Virus record (IMG/VR): IMGVR_UViG_3300008952_000005
Span: 1 to 64,000 of that record
Reading direction: 5' to 3' (one strand)
Length of the DNA stretch: 64,000 bases
DNA from: a virus
In this document: one piece after another, positions 20,401-27,963 of the stretch
How the letters are laid out: the number at the start of each line of letters is the position of its first letter
Numbering within the stretch: position 1 is the first letter of the stretch
Notes under the pieces: model-generated
What the model saw: only the letters and a program-made list of their open reading frames with translations
Databases searched by the model: none
What the model was told of the DNA's origin: nothing
Position numbers and translations under genes: made by a program

Positions 20401-21748
20401 CAGTTGAACTTCCAACATTTGAAACTGTTGCTAATTTAACTGTACCACCACTTACATAAGTATGGTCAATATTACTTGGTGCTAAAAAGATACTTAATTT
20501 TGTAGCTGATGGACTTGCTTTAACAGGATAAAGTCCTGAATAAGGTGCTTGTGGATAAATTTTAGTACCAAAAGCACAAGTTGTTTTAACTCCAAATACA
20601 TCTATTGTATCACTTGCTGATAATCCGTGCGTTGCTGTAGTAATTACTGCTTTACCAGTTGATGTATTATAATTAAAACCTGTAATTGCTAATCTAGTAC
20701 CATTAGATTTAAGAACCGTACCACCACTTACATAAGTTTGTGCAATAGCACTTGTTCCTAAATTAATTTGTAAATCAGTTGCTGTTAAATTTGTTGCCTC
20801 TACTGTAAATTGGGTAGAAGTTGAGTGTATTGGATATGTTTTCTGTCCTGTATCACATTGTACTACTATATCTCTTACTTCAATTAAATCGGAAACACTT
20901 CTTCCGTGAGCAGTTGATGTAGTAATATCTCCACCTGTTGTTTCTTGTACAGCTGGAGTTCCTGGTGTATTGCCAGAAGATTCATTTGATTGAACATAAA
21001 CATAAGAATACCCACCATAAGTTACTACATCACCTTGTTGGTAAACTGTAGCAGCGTTATAAGAATCTTCAAATTGTAAACCTTCTGAATAAACTGAAAA
21101 ATTTTCTTCAGCAAAATCTGATAGAGCACCGCCCGAAGTATGAGCAACAATACATTTATATTGATATGCACCAAATTTAACAACATCATCTAATTTGTAA
21201 TATGTGTTAACTTGGAAGTCGCCTTTAAATGCTAAACCTTCACTATAGATATCAAAGTTTCCTAAAACTATATTGATATCTCCACCAGCCGCTGATGTAT
21301 GTTCAGTAGTACATCTATATGTTCTACCACCATACTTAACTAGGTCGTTTAATTTGTATTGTGTACTAGAAGCATAATCACCTTTAAAAATAATACCATC
21401 ACTAAATTGTTCAAATTTAGACTGGTCTAAAACTGTGCCTGATGATGTGTATTGAGTAGTACAACGGTATTGTTTACCACCATAAGAAACTAGGTCATTT
21501 AATTTGTACCAAGTTCCATCAGCATATGCACCTTTAAAGTAAAGTGATTCTTGGTGTAATTGCCAATATTCTGTAAATGTTCCAGGACTTGTATAAAAAT
21601 CTTGTTCTGTTGCTGGTGACGTGTGGTTTTGAATACACACATAAGCATTACCACCATATTTTGCGATATCATCAATAACGTAGCCAGTTGTTCCTGCCCA
21701 ATCGCCTCTCCATTTAAACTTTAATCGTCCTAATTTGAAATCTGCCAT
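14459..21748 (-). CDS. giant tail fibre/adhesin (2429 aa) with internal repeats and pectate-lyase-like beta-helix signature
   Basis: N-terminal FKG.Y...T.Y..nD.V.YGG..Y.C repeats; VIWVSPTGVDGDSGSESQPYKTL and GDTIRLKNGTFTEQLPM...IVGESLRNT; many HG(L)...C..G.K.YP / HTYVSGG units. Confidence 0.75.
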   Translation of the reverse strand: MADFKLGRLKFKWRGDWAGTTGYVIDDIAKYGGNAYVCIQNHTSPATEQDFYTSPGTFTEYWQLHQESLYFKGAYADGTWYKLNDLVSYGGKQYRCTTQYTSSGTVLDQSKFEQFSDGIIFKGDYASSTQYKLNDLVKYGGRTYRCTTEHTSAAGGDINIVLGNFDIYSEGLAFKGDFQVNTYYKLDDVVKFGAYQYKCIVAHTSGGALSDFAEENFSVYSEGLQFEDSYNAATVYQQGDVVTYGGYSYVYVQSNESSGNTPGTPAVQETTGGDITTSTAHGRSVSDLIEVRDIVVQCDTGQKTYPIHSTSTQFTVEATNLTATDLQINLGTSAIAQTYVSGGTVLKSNGTRLAITGFNYNTSTGKAVITTATHGLSASDTIDVFGVKTTCAFGTKIYPQAPYSGLYPVKASPSATKLSIFLAPSNIDHTYVSGGTVKLATVSNVGSSTALTGFSYDNATGLITVTSATHGLSRNDLVKLDSIVVECSTGQKTYPNTTNYSGIFKVYDVPDSSTYVVATDKSAIVHTYVSGGTSQKISYTTSADKNISNFIYNRSNKKFWDVVTTGFKAQGVYVHGTLYKTGDTVQYGGNSYVCVLDAQSQRPSLNTGVVNTTYWSLVVEGFKWTGAYSTSTTYNIGETVRYLSNSYVNLKDQVLNIEPGTDGTVWQGIALGDSGAVLQTRGDMITQSEAGTARLPIGLPGSVLTNDGFDVLWSGNSAKNVIWVSPTGVDGDSGSESQPYKTLAYAVKHAKHHAIREIKDQSGGIGGTEDVYNNIRGISSREFEVSQYNITTNTFEIQMGTDTNAHTYVSGGTVRKADDTTLTITNAPYVHSTGVITIHTSTAHGLLAGNKVRLWGLNYTCANGAKTYPEVGGPSLYRVNTKGGSVKVDIVNGSANHKVDECVRIDGNDIGFTGPTGGDVTTAIPHARSVGDLVEIRDLLVSCPTGNKTYPVISTNTAFTVEAANLTTTTFQVDIGTSTTAQTYVSGGEVVKSDNSRLAVTNFVYNIATGKAVITTATNGLSASDTVNLFGIKTNCEFGDKIYPQVPVSGVYPVVSTKSATELNFFLPPSNVAHTYVSGGTVRLATVSNVGSSSAVTNAVYDNLTGLITVTATLHGLANGDLVKLDSILFSCSMGSKTYPDNTFSSGIFKVYNVVDANTYIFGTDKSGFAHTYVSGGTSQKVTYVTSEQKSVDAFTYKRVGGSNVLNFKVKSTAGDTIRLKNGTFTEQLPMRVREGVSIVGESLRNTRIHPAPGTGSQIATVELVNNTSGATDGTYNYIHQGRSERSYTVLDVPTGDSFTINVGTDAREHTYVDGGIVSNAAFGKFTVTNAPYVHSTGVITITTSSNHGLSASDSIKLSGLKYHCDEGEKVYPENGDASVWNVVISGGVATQIITYHGGINFEVNDIITLNSADIGNGGDLTLKVKKLENNKASNWLLLNEKNNIRNMTFLDLNEKKQSGGLYQVTVTSGTEFTVQMGTSTFVHTYKSGGHVIAVGNESVKLGLSNILYNNSNGKVTVTTSNAHSLTTGDWVTLGKMKFECDLGEKVYPSGPYEQALTSLDPVGNIYLTSPYVQNCTSLNPGACGVQIDGNLHLRPFPRSYKSMLANDFTQINEDGIGIHILGYGRVEAVSVFVYYCDKAVYAESGGFIRALNCSHAYGEQGVVASGTNEAEVPVNLKTRGMMLQWDKDTFGGTATASDIENSIAVQGQGTATIVGSESGATATLFRYNVSLLYLHIENITGNFKQGETITITKEDSTTFTVDLDSYFGGQSGSTGADVTTALAHGRTSGDLIEVSDVVLSCLASDSTVIGNKTYPVTSTTTQFTVEAANLTATTFQVDLGTSNTAQSYVSGGTLLKTGGTRLSISNFVYDIATGKAIITTPTHGLSASDTVNLFGIKTSCVYGVKIYPQVPTSGIFNVKSSSAATKLNFFLAPSDIEHTYVSGGTVKHATPTSVGSATEITAASYDNVTGLITITSTGHGLIVNDLVQVQGMQFTCSTGSKAYPDDILSSGIFKVYDVPDSNTYIFGVDKSAIAHTYVIGGTSQKVTIASSSSVNVSGFVFNRTAAAQQGQRGPLIAMKSGTTTLNAVDMIALASNVKFPNDNTFYRVGLVSEEDTVAGTAVIRLTQNIGLSKAKNEDTVNNITQLYSNIRLTGHDFLDIGTGDFTTTNYPLTPTQAADQSDEVTEVNGGRVYWVSTDQTGDFRVGDLFKIEQATGSATLNADAFNLSGLSELKLGSIGAELGAAINEFSTDATLGGNSNTAIPTENAVVGYMTRDNAGTGAWVPPTGTTAQRPVGGELFAGALRYNSSIISWEGYNGTSWTGLAGGTPWTTLVGDGSTVPVAIGGQRLLIDTSLFAMTVKLPASPLVGDSIVFLDLNGSFQLRPLTVDRNGQDIMNLQQDMIADINHAGFTLVYTGSTNGWKLVEVA
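15600..20945 (-). repeat. internal module triplication in the giant fibre gene
   Basis: Three ~270-aa copies (about 20135-20945, 18195-19005, 15600-16430) plus single units; a 39-bp identical stretch at 17723-17761 and 19235-19273. Confidence 0.85.
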
Positions 21749-21783
21749 TTTTCTCTCTATTTACCTACTAATTTTGTCCATTT

Positions 21784-22404
21784 TTAAACAGCACTTTGAT
21801 AAGTCGTTGTATTAACCGTTGCCGTTAAATCTTCAAAAGTATTAAAGTCATCAATTGCTAATTTTGACCTTACTGCTTCTTGCTTACTTCTTCTAACTAA
21901 ATCTCCACTATCACTATTTATAAGAAAAGTAGTTGTTATATCATCTGAATATTTAATTTGTTGGTACCTATCGCTATCATTATTATAATATCTTTTATTA
22001 ATTTGACCAACCACAATACTAGCTCCTGCCGCTGGAATTAATACGAAATTTAGTGATGTTCCACCTGTTAATGTATAGGTTGAAAATGCTTCTTGTCTAA
22101 CACCATCCATAAAACAAGCTATTCTTGTTTCATTTAAAACTGGTGTTGATATTGTAAATTGTTTGGTAGCACCGTCACCTGTGAAATATTGAACTTCAAA
22201 CATCTCTAATCTTTCTTCAAGGTAATCTCCTTCATCTCTAGCAACACTATCAGATTTACCATCTTCATAGTACTTTGATACTTCTATTGGTTGAGTAGTA
22301 GAGTTTGGATTGATAGAAGATAGATAACACATACCCTCTTTAGTACGTCTTATACCATTGAATACTTTTTGTTTTTTTATTTCTCCAGGAACTATATAAG
22401 CCAT
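21784..22404 (-). CDS. virion structural protein
   Basis: Contains FTGDGATKQFTI...FMDGVRQ...YTL..GTSLNF module also at the C-terminus of the gp9-like protein. Confidence 0.6.
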   Translation of the reverse strand: MAYIVPGEIKKQKVFNGIRRTKEGMCYLSSINPNSTTQPIEVSKYYEDGKSDSVARDEGDYLEERLEMFEVQYFTGDGATKQFTISTPVLNETRIACFMDGVRQEAFSTYTLTGGTSLNFVLIPAAGASIVVGQINKRYYNNDSDRYQQIKYSDDITTTFLINSDSGDLVRRSKQEAVRSKLAIDDFNTFEDLTATVNTTTYQSAV

Positions 22405-22426
22405 TTTATTTCTCTATATTTATTTA

Positions 22427-22774
22427 TTAAGTTATTGCCAATATACTTGCTACTGCCTCAACATCAACAGAAGTTGAATCAGGAGAAGGATCAGCGACCA
22501 CTCTTAATACGTCATTGTTCTCCAAATTTACTGGTTTATCTAAAGTTAATGTATTGTTAGCAGGAACTTCTAAATTTTTACCTATATGTCTATAAGTTGT
22601 TCCACCGTCAGTAGTAACTTTTACATTAACTTTTGCTGTACTGTACCCACTTTTATTTGAAATATATAATGCGTGAATTACAGCAGTTTCAGAACCGCCT
22701 GCTGTATATAAATCTGCTGAGGAATTATCTAAAACCCCTACAGTTATTCCTGCATTTTTAAATGTTGACGGCAT
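22427..22774 (-). CDS. small virion structural protein
   Basis: FKNAG...LYTA...VIHALYISN...VPANNTL...VNLENNDVLRV beta-rich pattern common in marine T4-like fibre clusters. Confidence 0.6.
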   Translation of the reverse strand: MPSTFKNAGITVGVLDNSSADLYTAGGSETAVIHALYISNKSGYSTAKVNVKVTTDGGTTYRHIGKNLEVPANNTLTLDKPVNLENNDVLRVVADPSPDSTSVDVEAVASILAIT

Positions 22775-22789
22775 AATCTTTCAACAAAC

Positions 22790-23170
22790 CTATGAACCAA
22801 AAACTACAGAATATGCTAATGCGTCATCCGAAGTACCAATAGTACCTGAAGTGTTAGGTAATTTTAATATTCTATCTGCTGTTGGTTCTTCTACTGATAA
22901 AGTAGTTTCAAACGCATTTTCTAAATTCCCTTCAAATATAAAATTTGATCCATTCATAGTAATATCTCTATTTGTAATAGAACCATTACTAGTTGCGTCT
23001 TGCAAAGTTACCGAACCTGCACCACCAATTTCTTTAATTTGTCCAGCTGATTTTTTTATATAAAATTTACCATCTGTTACATTAACAGCCAACTCTCCAA
23101 CATCCATATTATTTGCGTCTGGAATACGAGTTGCTACTTCTGTACGGTATGGTTTTATTTTTGTTGCCAT
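22790..23170 (-). CDS. small tail-fibre-type protein
   Basis: IPDANNMDVGELAVNVTDGKFY (Mtd-N-like) plus FEG....FETTLSVEEPTADRILKLPNTSGT module. Confidence 0.6.
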   Translation of the reverse strand: MATKIKPYRTEVATRIPDANNMDVGELAVNVTDGKFYIKKSAGQIKEIGGAGSVTLQDATSNGSITNRDITMNGSNFIFEGNLENAFETTLSVEEPTADRILKLPNTSGTIGTSDDALAYSVVFGS

Positions 23171-23173
23171 AGT

Positions 23174-23395
23174 TTATTTCTTCCTTCTTAATTTCGCTCT
23201 AAATTTAATTCTGTTTACTAATTTTGCTTTAGATAATCTTCTATCTAATTCAATTCCAAGTTTTCTACCAATTCTCTCTAATTCTTTTTTTGTTTTGTTC
23301 TTTAAATCTTTTAATGCTATAACTTCTGTTTTTGGTTTAACTGGTTCATAAGACTTAACTGTTCTATTAATAAATCTTTTAATCCAACCAAACAT
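23174..23395 (-). CDS. small basic protein, Rho-N/HeH-like helix-extended-helix
   Basis: DLKNKTKKELERIGRKLGIELDRRLSKAKLVNRI. Confidence 0.55.
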   Translation of the reverse strand: MFGWIKRFINRTVKSYEPVKPKTEVIALKDLKNKTKKELERIGRKLGIELDRRLSKAKLVNRIKFRAKLRRKK

Positions 23396-25104
23396 TAGAA
23401 AGTTCCTCCATCTACTGTAGTAACCTCAACGTCACCAGAGGTAACTGTAAAGTTATCAGTAGAAAAAGAAGCAACACCAATGTTTGATGTACTTGCTAAT
23501 TCTCCAACTATTTGTAATGAATTACCATTTGCAATAGTATTAATTCCTTCTCCTGCTAAAAATTCTAAAACACCACCGACTCTTACTTGTCCTTGTGTTG
23601 AAGACTCATCTTTAAAATATAAAGGATCAGCAAGTTTATCACTTGCAATTGCACCTGCTAACATATTACTAGTAACACCTAATGCTTTAACTCTTAATTG
23701 GTCTCCACTAACTTCAATTGAACTATTGTCAGGATTTGTATCTATCGTATTACCATCTTTAACTAAACCTGCACCTGCAGTAATTTGACCTGCACCAGAA
23801 AATTGTGATACATCTAAATCAGTTGTTCCAAATACTGGTTGTCCTGTATGTGTAAATGTATATCCATTGTTAGAACCAATAGTTCCTTCTTCTACAAATA
23901 CAAATGAACCACCACTTAATTCAGATGGTTGGTCTTCTGGAGTTGCTCTTGTTAATACAAAATCAGTTGATCCATCACCAACAGTTGTAACTTTATAAAT
24001 ACCGTTTTCGGTTGCGTCTGTTTGGTCTTTAACTAAAACTCTATCGTTTAAACTTAATGCTATATCGTCAACTGATATTGCACCGTTAACATCTGCTGTT
24101 AATGTTGCACCGACACCTGCTGTTCCATTATTATAAGTTGCTGATAAATCAGCAGTTGTTGCTGCTTTACAAGATGGTTTAGTATCTAAACCTTGAGCAA
24201 CTTGGTCAACGTATGCTTTGTTTGCAACTGATTGATTTTGAAATCCTGCTCTATCTTCATAACCACTTGGTAAAATAACTGTACCTGTTCCGTGTGGTGT
24301 TAAATTAATATTTTTATTTGCCGCTGTTGTTGTAACTGATTGACCGTCAATTGTAATGTCATCAATTACTAAAGAAGTTAATCCTGCAATATCTGTTTCA
24401 GTAGCACCTAAAGTTAATACTGAACTACCTATTGTTGTTTGAGGATTTGCTAAATTAGAATTTGATATACCTGCACTACCCGATAAATTTGAATCTGTTA
24501 ATGTGTTCGCCTGAATTTCTATATTGTTATCGGTAACAACTGTATCCATACCTGCGCCACCAGCGAAAGTTAATGTTTCAGCTGTATTGTAAGTATCTGT
24601 TCCTGTATCACCTGCTAAATCAATATATTGATTAACAGTCATAAACTCTAAATTACCAGCACCGTCAGTTTTTAAGAACTGACCAGCAGAACCATCAGCG
24701 CCTGGTAATGCAAATGTTGTTGTAGCTGATAGTGAGTTAGGAGCTTTAAGTCCTACAAAGTTTGCACCATTATTTGTGCCTTCATTAAATTTTATTGTTC
24801 CACCTACACTAGTAGAATTACCTACAATGAATTCGTCTACTGCTTTATTTGTGTCTACTATTACAGCACCGCTTGCTGTTAATGTTCCAGCAACGTGATC
24901 CAACATTTCAGCGAAATATTGTCCACCGATAACTGATATATTATTTGCGTCACCATTTCCATCAACTCCACCTTCCCCAATGAATAATCTATCTCCTAGA
25001 TTTCCTTGAGTTCCTGTTCCATAAGTAAATGCTAATTCCCCAAGTTTTAATGTAGCTGGTGCTGAAGTACTTGATGAACGTTTTATCTGTATTACTGTTG
25101 CCAT
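23395..25104 (-). CDS. tail fibre protein
   Basis: IQIKRSS...LKLGELA N-terminus; NDRVLVKDQTDATENGIY motif; Thr/Gly/Ser-rich. Confidence 0.7.
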   Translation of the reverse strand: MATVIQIKRSSSTSAPATLKLGELAFTYGTGTQGNLGDRLFIGEGGVDGNGDANNISVIGGQYFAEMLDHVAGTLTASGAVIVDTNKAVDEFIVGNSTSVGGTIKFNEGTNNGANFVGLKAPNSLSATTTFALPGADGSAGQFLKTDGAGNLEFMTVNQYIDLAGDTGTDTYNTAETLTFAGGAGMDTVVTDNNIEIQANTLTDSNLSGSAGISNSNLANPQTTIGSSVLTLGATETDIAGLTSLVIDDITIDGQSVTTTAANKNINLTPHGTGTVILPSGYEDRAGFQNQSVANKAYVDQVAQGLDTKPSCKAATTADLSATYNNGTAGVGATLTADVNGAISVDDIALSLNDRVLVKDQTDATENGIYKVTTVGDGSTDFVLTRATPEDQPSELSGGSFVFVEEGTIGSNNGYTFTHTGQPVFGTTDLDVSQFSGAGQITAGAGLVKDGNTIDTNPDNSSIEVSGDQLRVKALGVTSNMLAGAIASDKLADPLYFKDESSTQGQVRVGGVLEFLAGEGINTIANGNSLQIVGELASTSNIGVASFSTDNFTVTSGDVEVTTVDGGTF

Positions 25105-25114
25105 ATGCTATTTT

Positions 25115-25393
25115 TTAAAAACTCCCACAATTAAATAATAGTGTTCCTGTTGTAGTAACTATTTCGGTTCTAGTTACAAATTTATTATCACTAGACCTAT
25201 ATTGAATCATTGCGCCATCATCTAAATTTGATGTGTCAACATCACCAAGAAGAGCGAATTTTAGGGAAGAATTTTGTACTGCTACCGTAGATGGTAAAGT
25301 TACCGAAACTGCTTCTGGACCATCACCAGTATTTACATTTATATTTGCTGTTGTAGTAGTTTTTTGCCCTACCGTGGCTGTAATATCTGCCAT
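25115..25393 (-). CDS. small structural/hypothetical protein
   Basis: LLGDVDTSNLDDGAMIQYRSSDNKF fibre-type motif; downstream of a late promoter. Confidence 0.6.
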   Translation of the reverse strand: MADITATVGQKTTTTANINVNTGDGPEAVSVTLPSTVAVQNSSLKFALLGDVDTSNLDDGAMIQYRSSDNKFVTRTEIVTTTGTLLFNCGSF

Positions 25394-25411
25394 CCAATTC
25401 TCTCCTGTGAA

Positions 25412-25419
25412 TATTTATA
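25412..25419 (-). promoter_or_regulatory. T4-type late promoter
   Basis: Exact match, intergenic. Confidence 0.75.
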
Positions 25420-25427
25420 ATATTTAA

Positions 25428-25763
25428 TTAGACAGTAACCTGTGGTCTTACAGTTATAATGCCTTCAATTACTCTAGTGACTCCAGCATCCTTTGTAATT
25501 TCAAGGTCATATACATATCTCTCAGCATCCAAAGCACTTGTTTCGGTTGCTGTTAATGAGAGAGTAACTACTCCTGTGGTAGCGTCTGCTGCTATTGAAG
25601 TAGTCATATTAATTCGTGTTCTTGTAGAAGCAAAACCTTTAGCCATCTTCGCCGCTGCCGTATAACCAGTTAGGTCAAACGCCTGACTATTAGCATCCTT
25701 TACAGTTACGTCTGAACTGAAGGTTGCGCCTTGGTCTATCGTTAGATTAGCTATTGCTGCCAT
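25428..25763 (-). CDS. small Ig-like virion protein
   Basis: NLTIDQGATF...FDLTGYTAAAKM...GVVTLSLTATET..L...RYVYDLEI...RVIEGIITVRP, common in phage tail clusters. Confidence 0.65.
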   Translation of the reverse strand: MAAIANLTIDQGATFSSDVTVKDANSQAFDLTGYTAAAKMAKGFASTRTRINMTTSIAADATTGVVTLSLTATETSALDAERYVYDLEITKDAGVTRVIEGIITVRPQVTV

Positions 25764-25967
25764 TTACTTTTTCTCGGATTCTGGTACTTCTTTTTTAATC
25801 AATTTGACTATTTTTTCGTTGTAATATTTAGTTAAAACATCTATCTTTTCAATCTCAATTAAATGTCTAGTTTTGCTTACCTGTATCTCTTGTCTTACTG
25901 CTATACAATTCTGTAATTCAGGACTAAACTTCGTTTCATCATACTCTTTTTTGTCAATTGTTATCAT
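25764..25967 (-). CDS. hypothetical protein
   Basis: MITIDKKEYDE... small helical ORF with RBS, downstream of late promoter 25999. Confidence 0.65.
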   Translation of the reverse strand: MITIDKKEYDETKFSPELQNCIAVRQEIQVSKTRHLIEIEKIDVLTKYYNEKIVKLIKKEVPESEKK

Positions 25968-25998
25968 ACATTTATCTCCATTTTTAAATTCATAATAC

Positions 25999-26006
25999 TA
26001 TTTATA
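25999..26006 (-). promoter_or_regulatory. T4-type late promoter
   Basis: Exact match, intergenic, divergent from the tctC promoter. Confidence 0.8.
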
Positions 26007-26026
26007 TAGGTTATAAGCAAGCAACA

Positions 26027-26055
26027 TTGACAAATCCACTAAATAATGATATATT
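26027..26055 (+). promoter_or_regulatory. sigma70-type promoter for tctC
   Basis: TTGACA-17 bp-TATATT with TGn extension. Confidence 0.7.
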
Positions 26056-26081
26056 ATTATATAACAAAAGGATTGAAATAT

Positions 26082-26846
26082 ATGAAAAGACTAATATTAA
26101 CGGTGATGTTGTTATTATTGCCAATCTCAGCATTCGCTGGAACAACAACAATCGTAAATGCAGGATCAAATGATGGTGCATTTAGAACCGTACTCACAAT
26201 GATTGGCGACAAAATAAATCACACTTTTGTACAAGCAAATAATCCAGTAATAGCCGAGAAACATTTTAACAAGAAAAATGTTCTTACTATGTGGAGTACA
26301 GAATGGACAGATGAAACATTACCAACAGTTGAAATGAACGAGAATACAATCGTTGCTGTTACAGCATACGAAACTATACTTTGTAGTAGAACTTACTCGT
26401 CTGTTAGTGAAATGTCTGGTCAAACAATTAAGATAGCAACGTGGGGTGATTCTCCAGTTGTTAAAAAGTTTCTTGATAACTATGGTACAGCAAATAATAT
26501 AACTTTTGAAATTGTTCCATATGACGGTAGTGGTGCTACTACTAGAGGTTATCTAGGTAAAGACGCTGATACAATTTTTACAATTCAAACTAAACAAGAT
26601 AAAGTAGAGGTAGACGGTAAATGTATTGCCTTTAGTGCTAATGGTGATTTAGACTTTGCGTTTGTTGATGTCCTAGTAGCAGTTAATGCTTCAAACGGTG
26701 CTCTTGAAGAATATAGAAATATAGTAAAAGAATTATCAACAACAGAAGCGTGGTTATCAGCAGTACCTACTACGTATGTTTTAAATAATGAAAATGCGGA
26801 ATCTTTAGTTTATAAAGTTAACGCTGCTATTGAGTTGAATAAGTAA
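26082..26846 (+). CDS. tctC: TctC/Bug-like periplasmic substrate-binding protein
   Basis: Signal peptide MKRLILTVMLLLLPISAFA; EIVPYDGSGATTRGYLGKDAD resembles Bug/TctC VPYxGgg.a...llgg.vD; sigma70 promoter upstream. Confidence 0.6.
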   Translation: MKRLILTVMLLLLPISAFAGTTTIVNAGSNDGAFRTVLTMIGDKINHTFVQANNPVIAEKHFNKKNVLTMWSTEWTDETLPTVEMNENTIVAVTAYETILCSRTYSSVSEMSGQTIKIATWGDSPVVKKFLDNYGTANNITFEIVPYDGSGATTRGYLGKDADTIFTIQTKQDKVEVDGKCIAFSANGDLDFAFVDVLVAVNASNGALEEYRNIVKELSTTEAWLSAVPTTYVLNNENAESLVYKVNAAIELNK

Positions 26847-27963
26847 TACAATCCTGCAATTGAGAATTAACAGTCTGGTATGTTTTTAGCATATCAGACT
26901 CGTTAGTACCTTCTATAACAAAAGCTTGACGAACTCCACCCATTAGTAAATGTTGAAACTCTGGAATTATCATTCCAGGGTTTAATTTCCAATTATTCTT
27001 TGCTAGATATTTGATATGTGAAGTATCACTTACACTTTCAATCTTACCTGGTTTTAAAGTAGAAATTTTCCATAAGTATTGTTTTTTAAATATCATAGGA
27101 TTTTCTAATAATATATTACTAACAATTTTATTATTATGAATATCATCTAATATTTTTAATCCTTGACCTATTCTTGGATTAGCGTCTATAATCTTTAAAT
27201 GATAATCCCATTTATAAAAATCAGGTCCTGAAAAAAACATATTCTTTATGTTTAATTTTTTAATCATAGTATTCATAAAATAAGAAGATTTGTCTTGTAC
27301 ATCTATAGGCACTTCACTAGTAGGAACACTCATCCATTCTATAGGTTTATATTGTTTAATTTTACCTTTACTCCAAAATAAACATTTTGTTCCATAATAA
27401 TAAGGACCCCAAACTTCTGCTTCGTCAGGTAATTGTTCCTGCGCCATATATCTATTAAGTCTGTTATTAAACTTTTCATCTCTAAACCCTTTTTGATTAT
27501 CAGTAAAAAAGGAACTATCGCCAATTGAAAGTAAAAAATCTTTTTTATTATTAAAAGATATATAATCAAACTTTTTTTGATGTTTTATACCAGAACCTAT
27601 TATAGGTTTCGTTATAAAAGGTCTATCTTTAAATATATCTAAATCTTCTGGTTTTGTAGGTATGACACTATCGGGTATAAACTCTTTAAGACCTATATCA
27701 ATACAAAAATCATCCATCCTTTTTTTATCAGATAAAATATCAGCTGCTTCTGGTGATAGATTAGTTAAACCATACAGTTGTTCCAATTCAGCTTGTATAG
27801 GTAATAAACTTTCTGCAACTGTAAAAATTCTATCATAAGGTCCTACAATTTTATCAAAGTCTTCGGTAATTACATCCACTTCCTGACCAATAGATTTCAA
27901 TGCTCTTGAAAGGCATTCCCATTTATTCCAACCTCTCTTATATCCTAGTATTAAATTTTTCAT
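26827..27963 (-). CDS. ATP-grasp domain protein
   Basis: ADILSDKKRM, PFITKPIIGSG, YMAQEQLP, KIIDANPRIG. Confidence 0.78.
   Translation of the reverse strand: MKNLILGYKRGWNKWECLSRALKSIGQEVDVITEDFDKIVGPYDRIFTVAESLLPIQAELEQLYGLTNLSPEAADILSDKKRMDDFCIDIGLKEFIPDSVIPTKPEDLDIFKDRPFITKPIIGSGIKHQKKFDYISFNNKKDFLLSIGDSSFFTDNQKGFRDEKFNNRLNRYMAQEQLPDEAEVWGPYYYGTKCLFWSKGKIKQYKPIEWMSVPTSEVPIDVQDKSSYFMNTMIKKLNIKNMFFSGPDFYKWDYHLKIIDANPRIGQGLKILDDIHNNKIVSNILLENPMIFKKQYLWKISTLKPGKIESVSDTSHIKYLAKNNWKLNPGMIIPEFQHLLMGGVRQAFVIEGTNESDMLKTYQTVNSQLQDCITYSTQ

Noticed and set aside
22790-25104. Mtd-N-like starts suggesting a diversity-generating retroelement
   Set aside because: No reverse transcriptase and no TR/VR pair differing at adenines was seen
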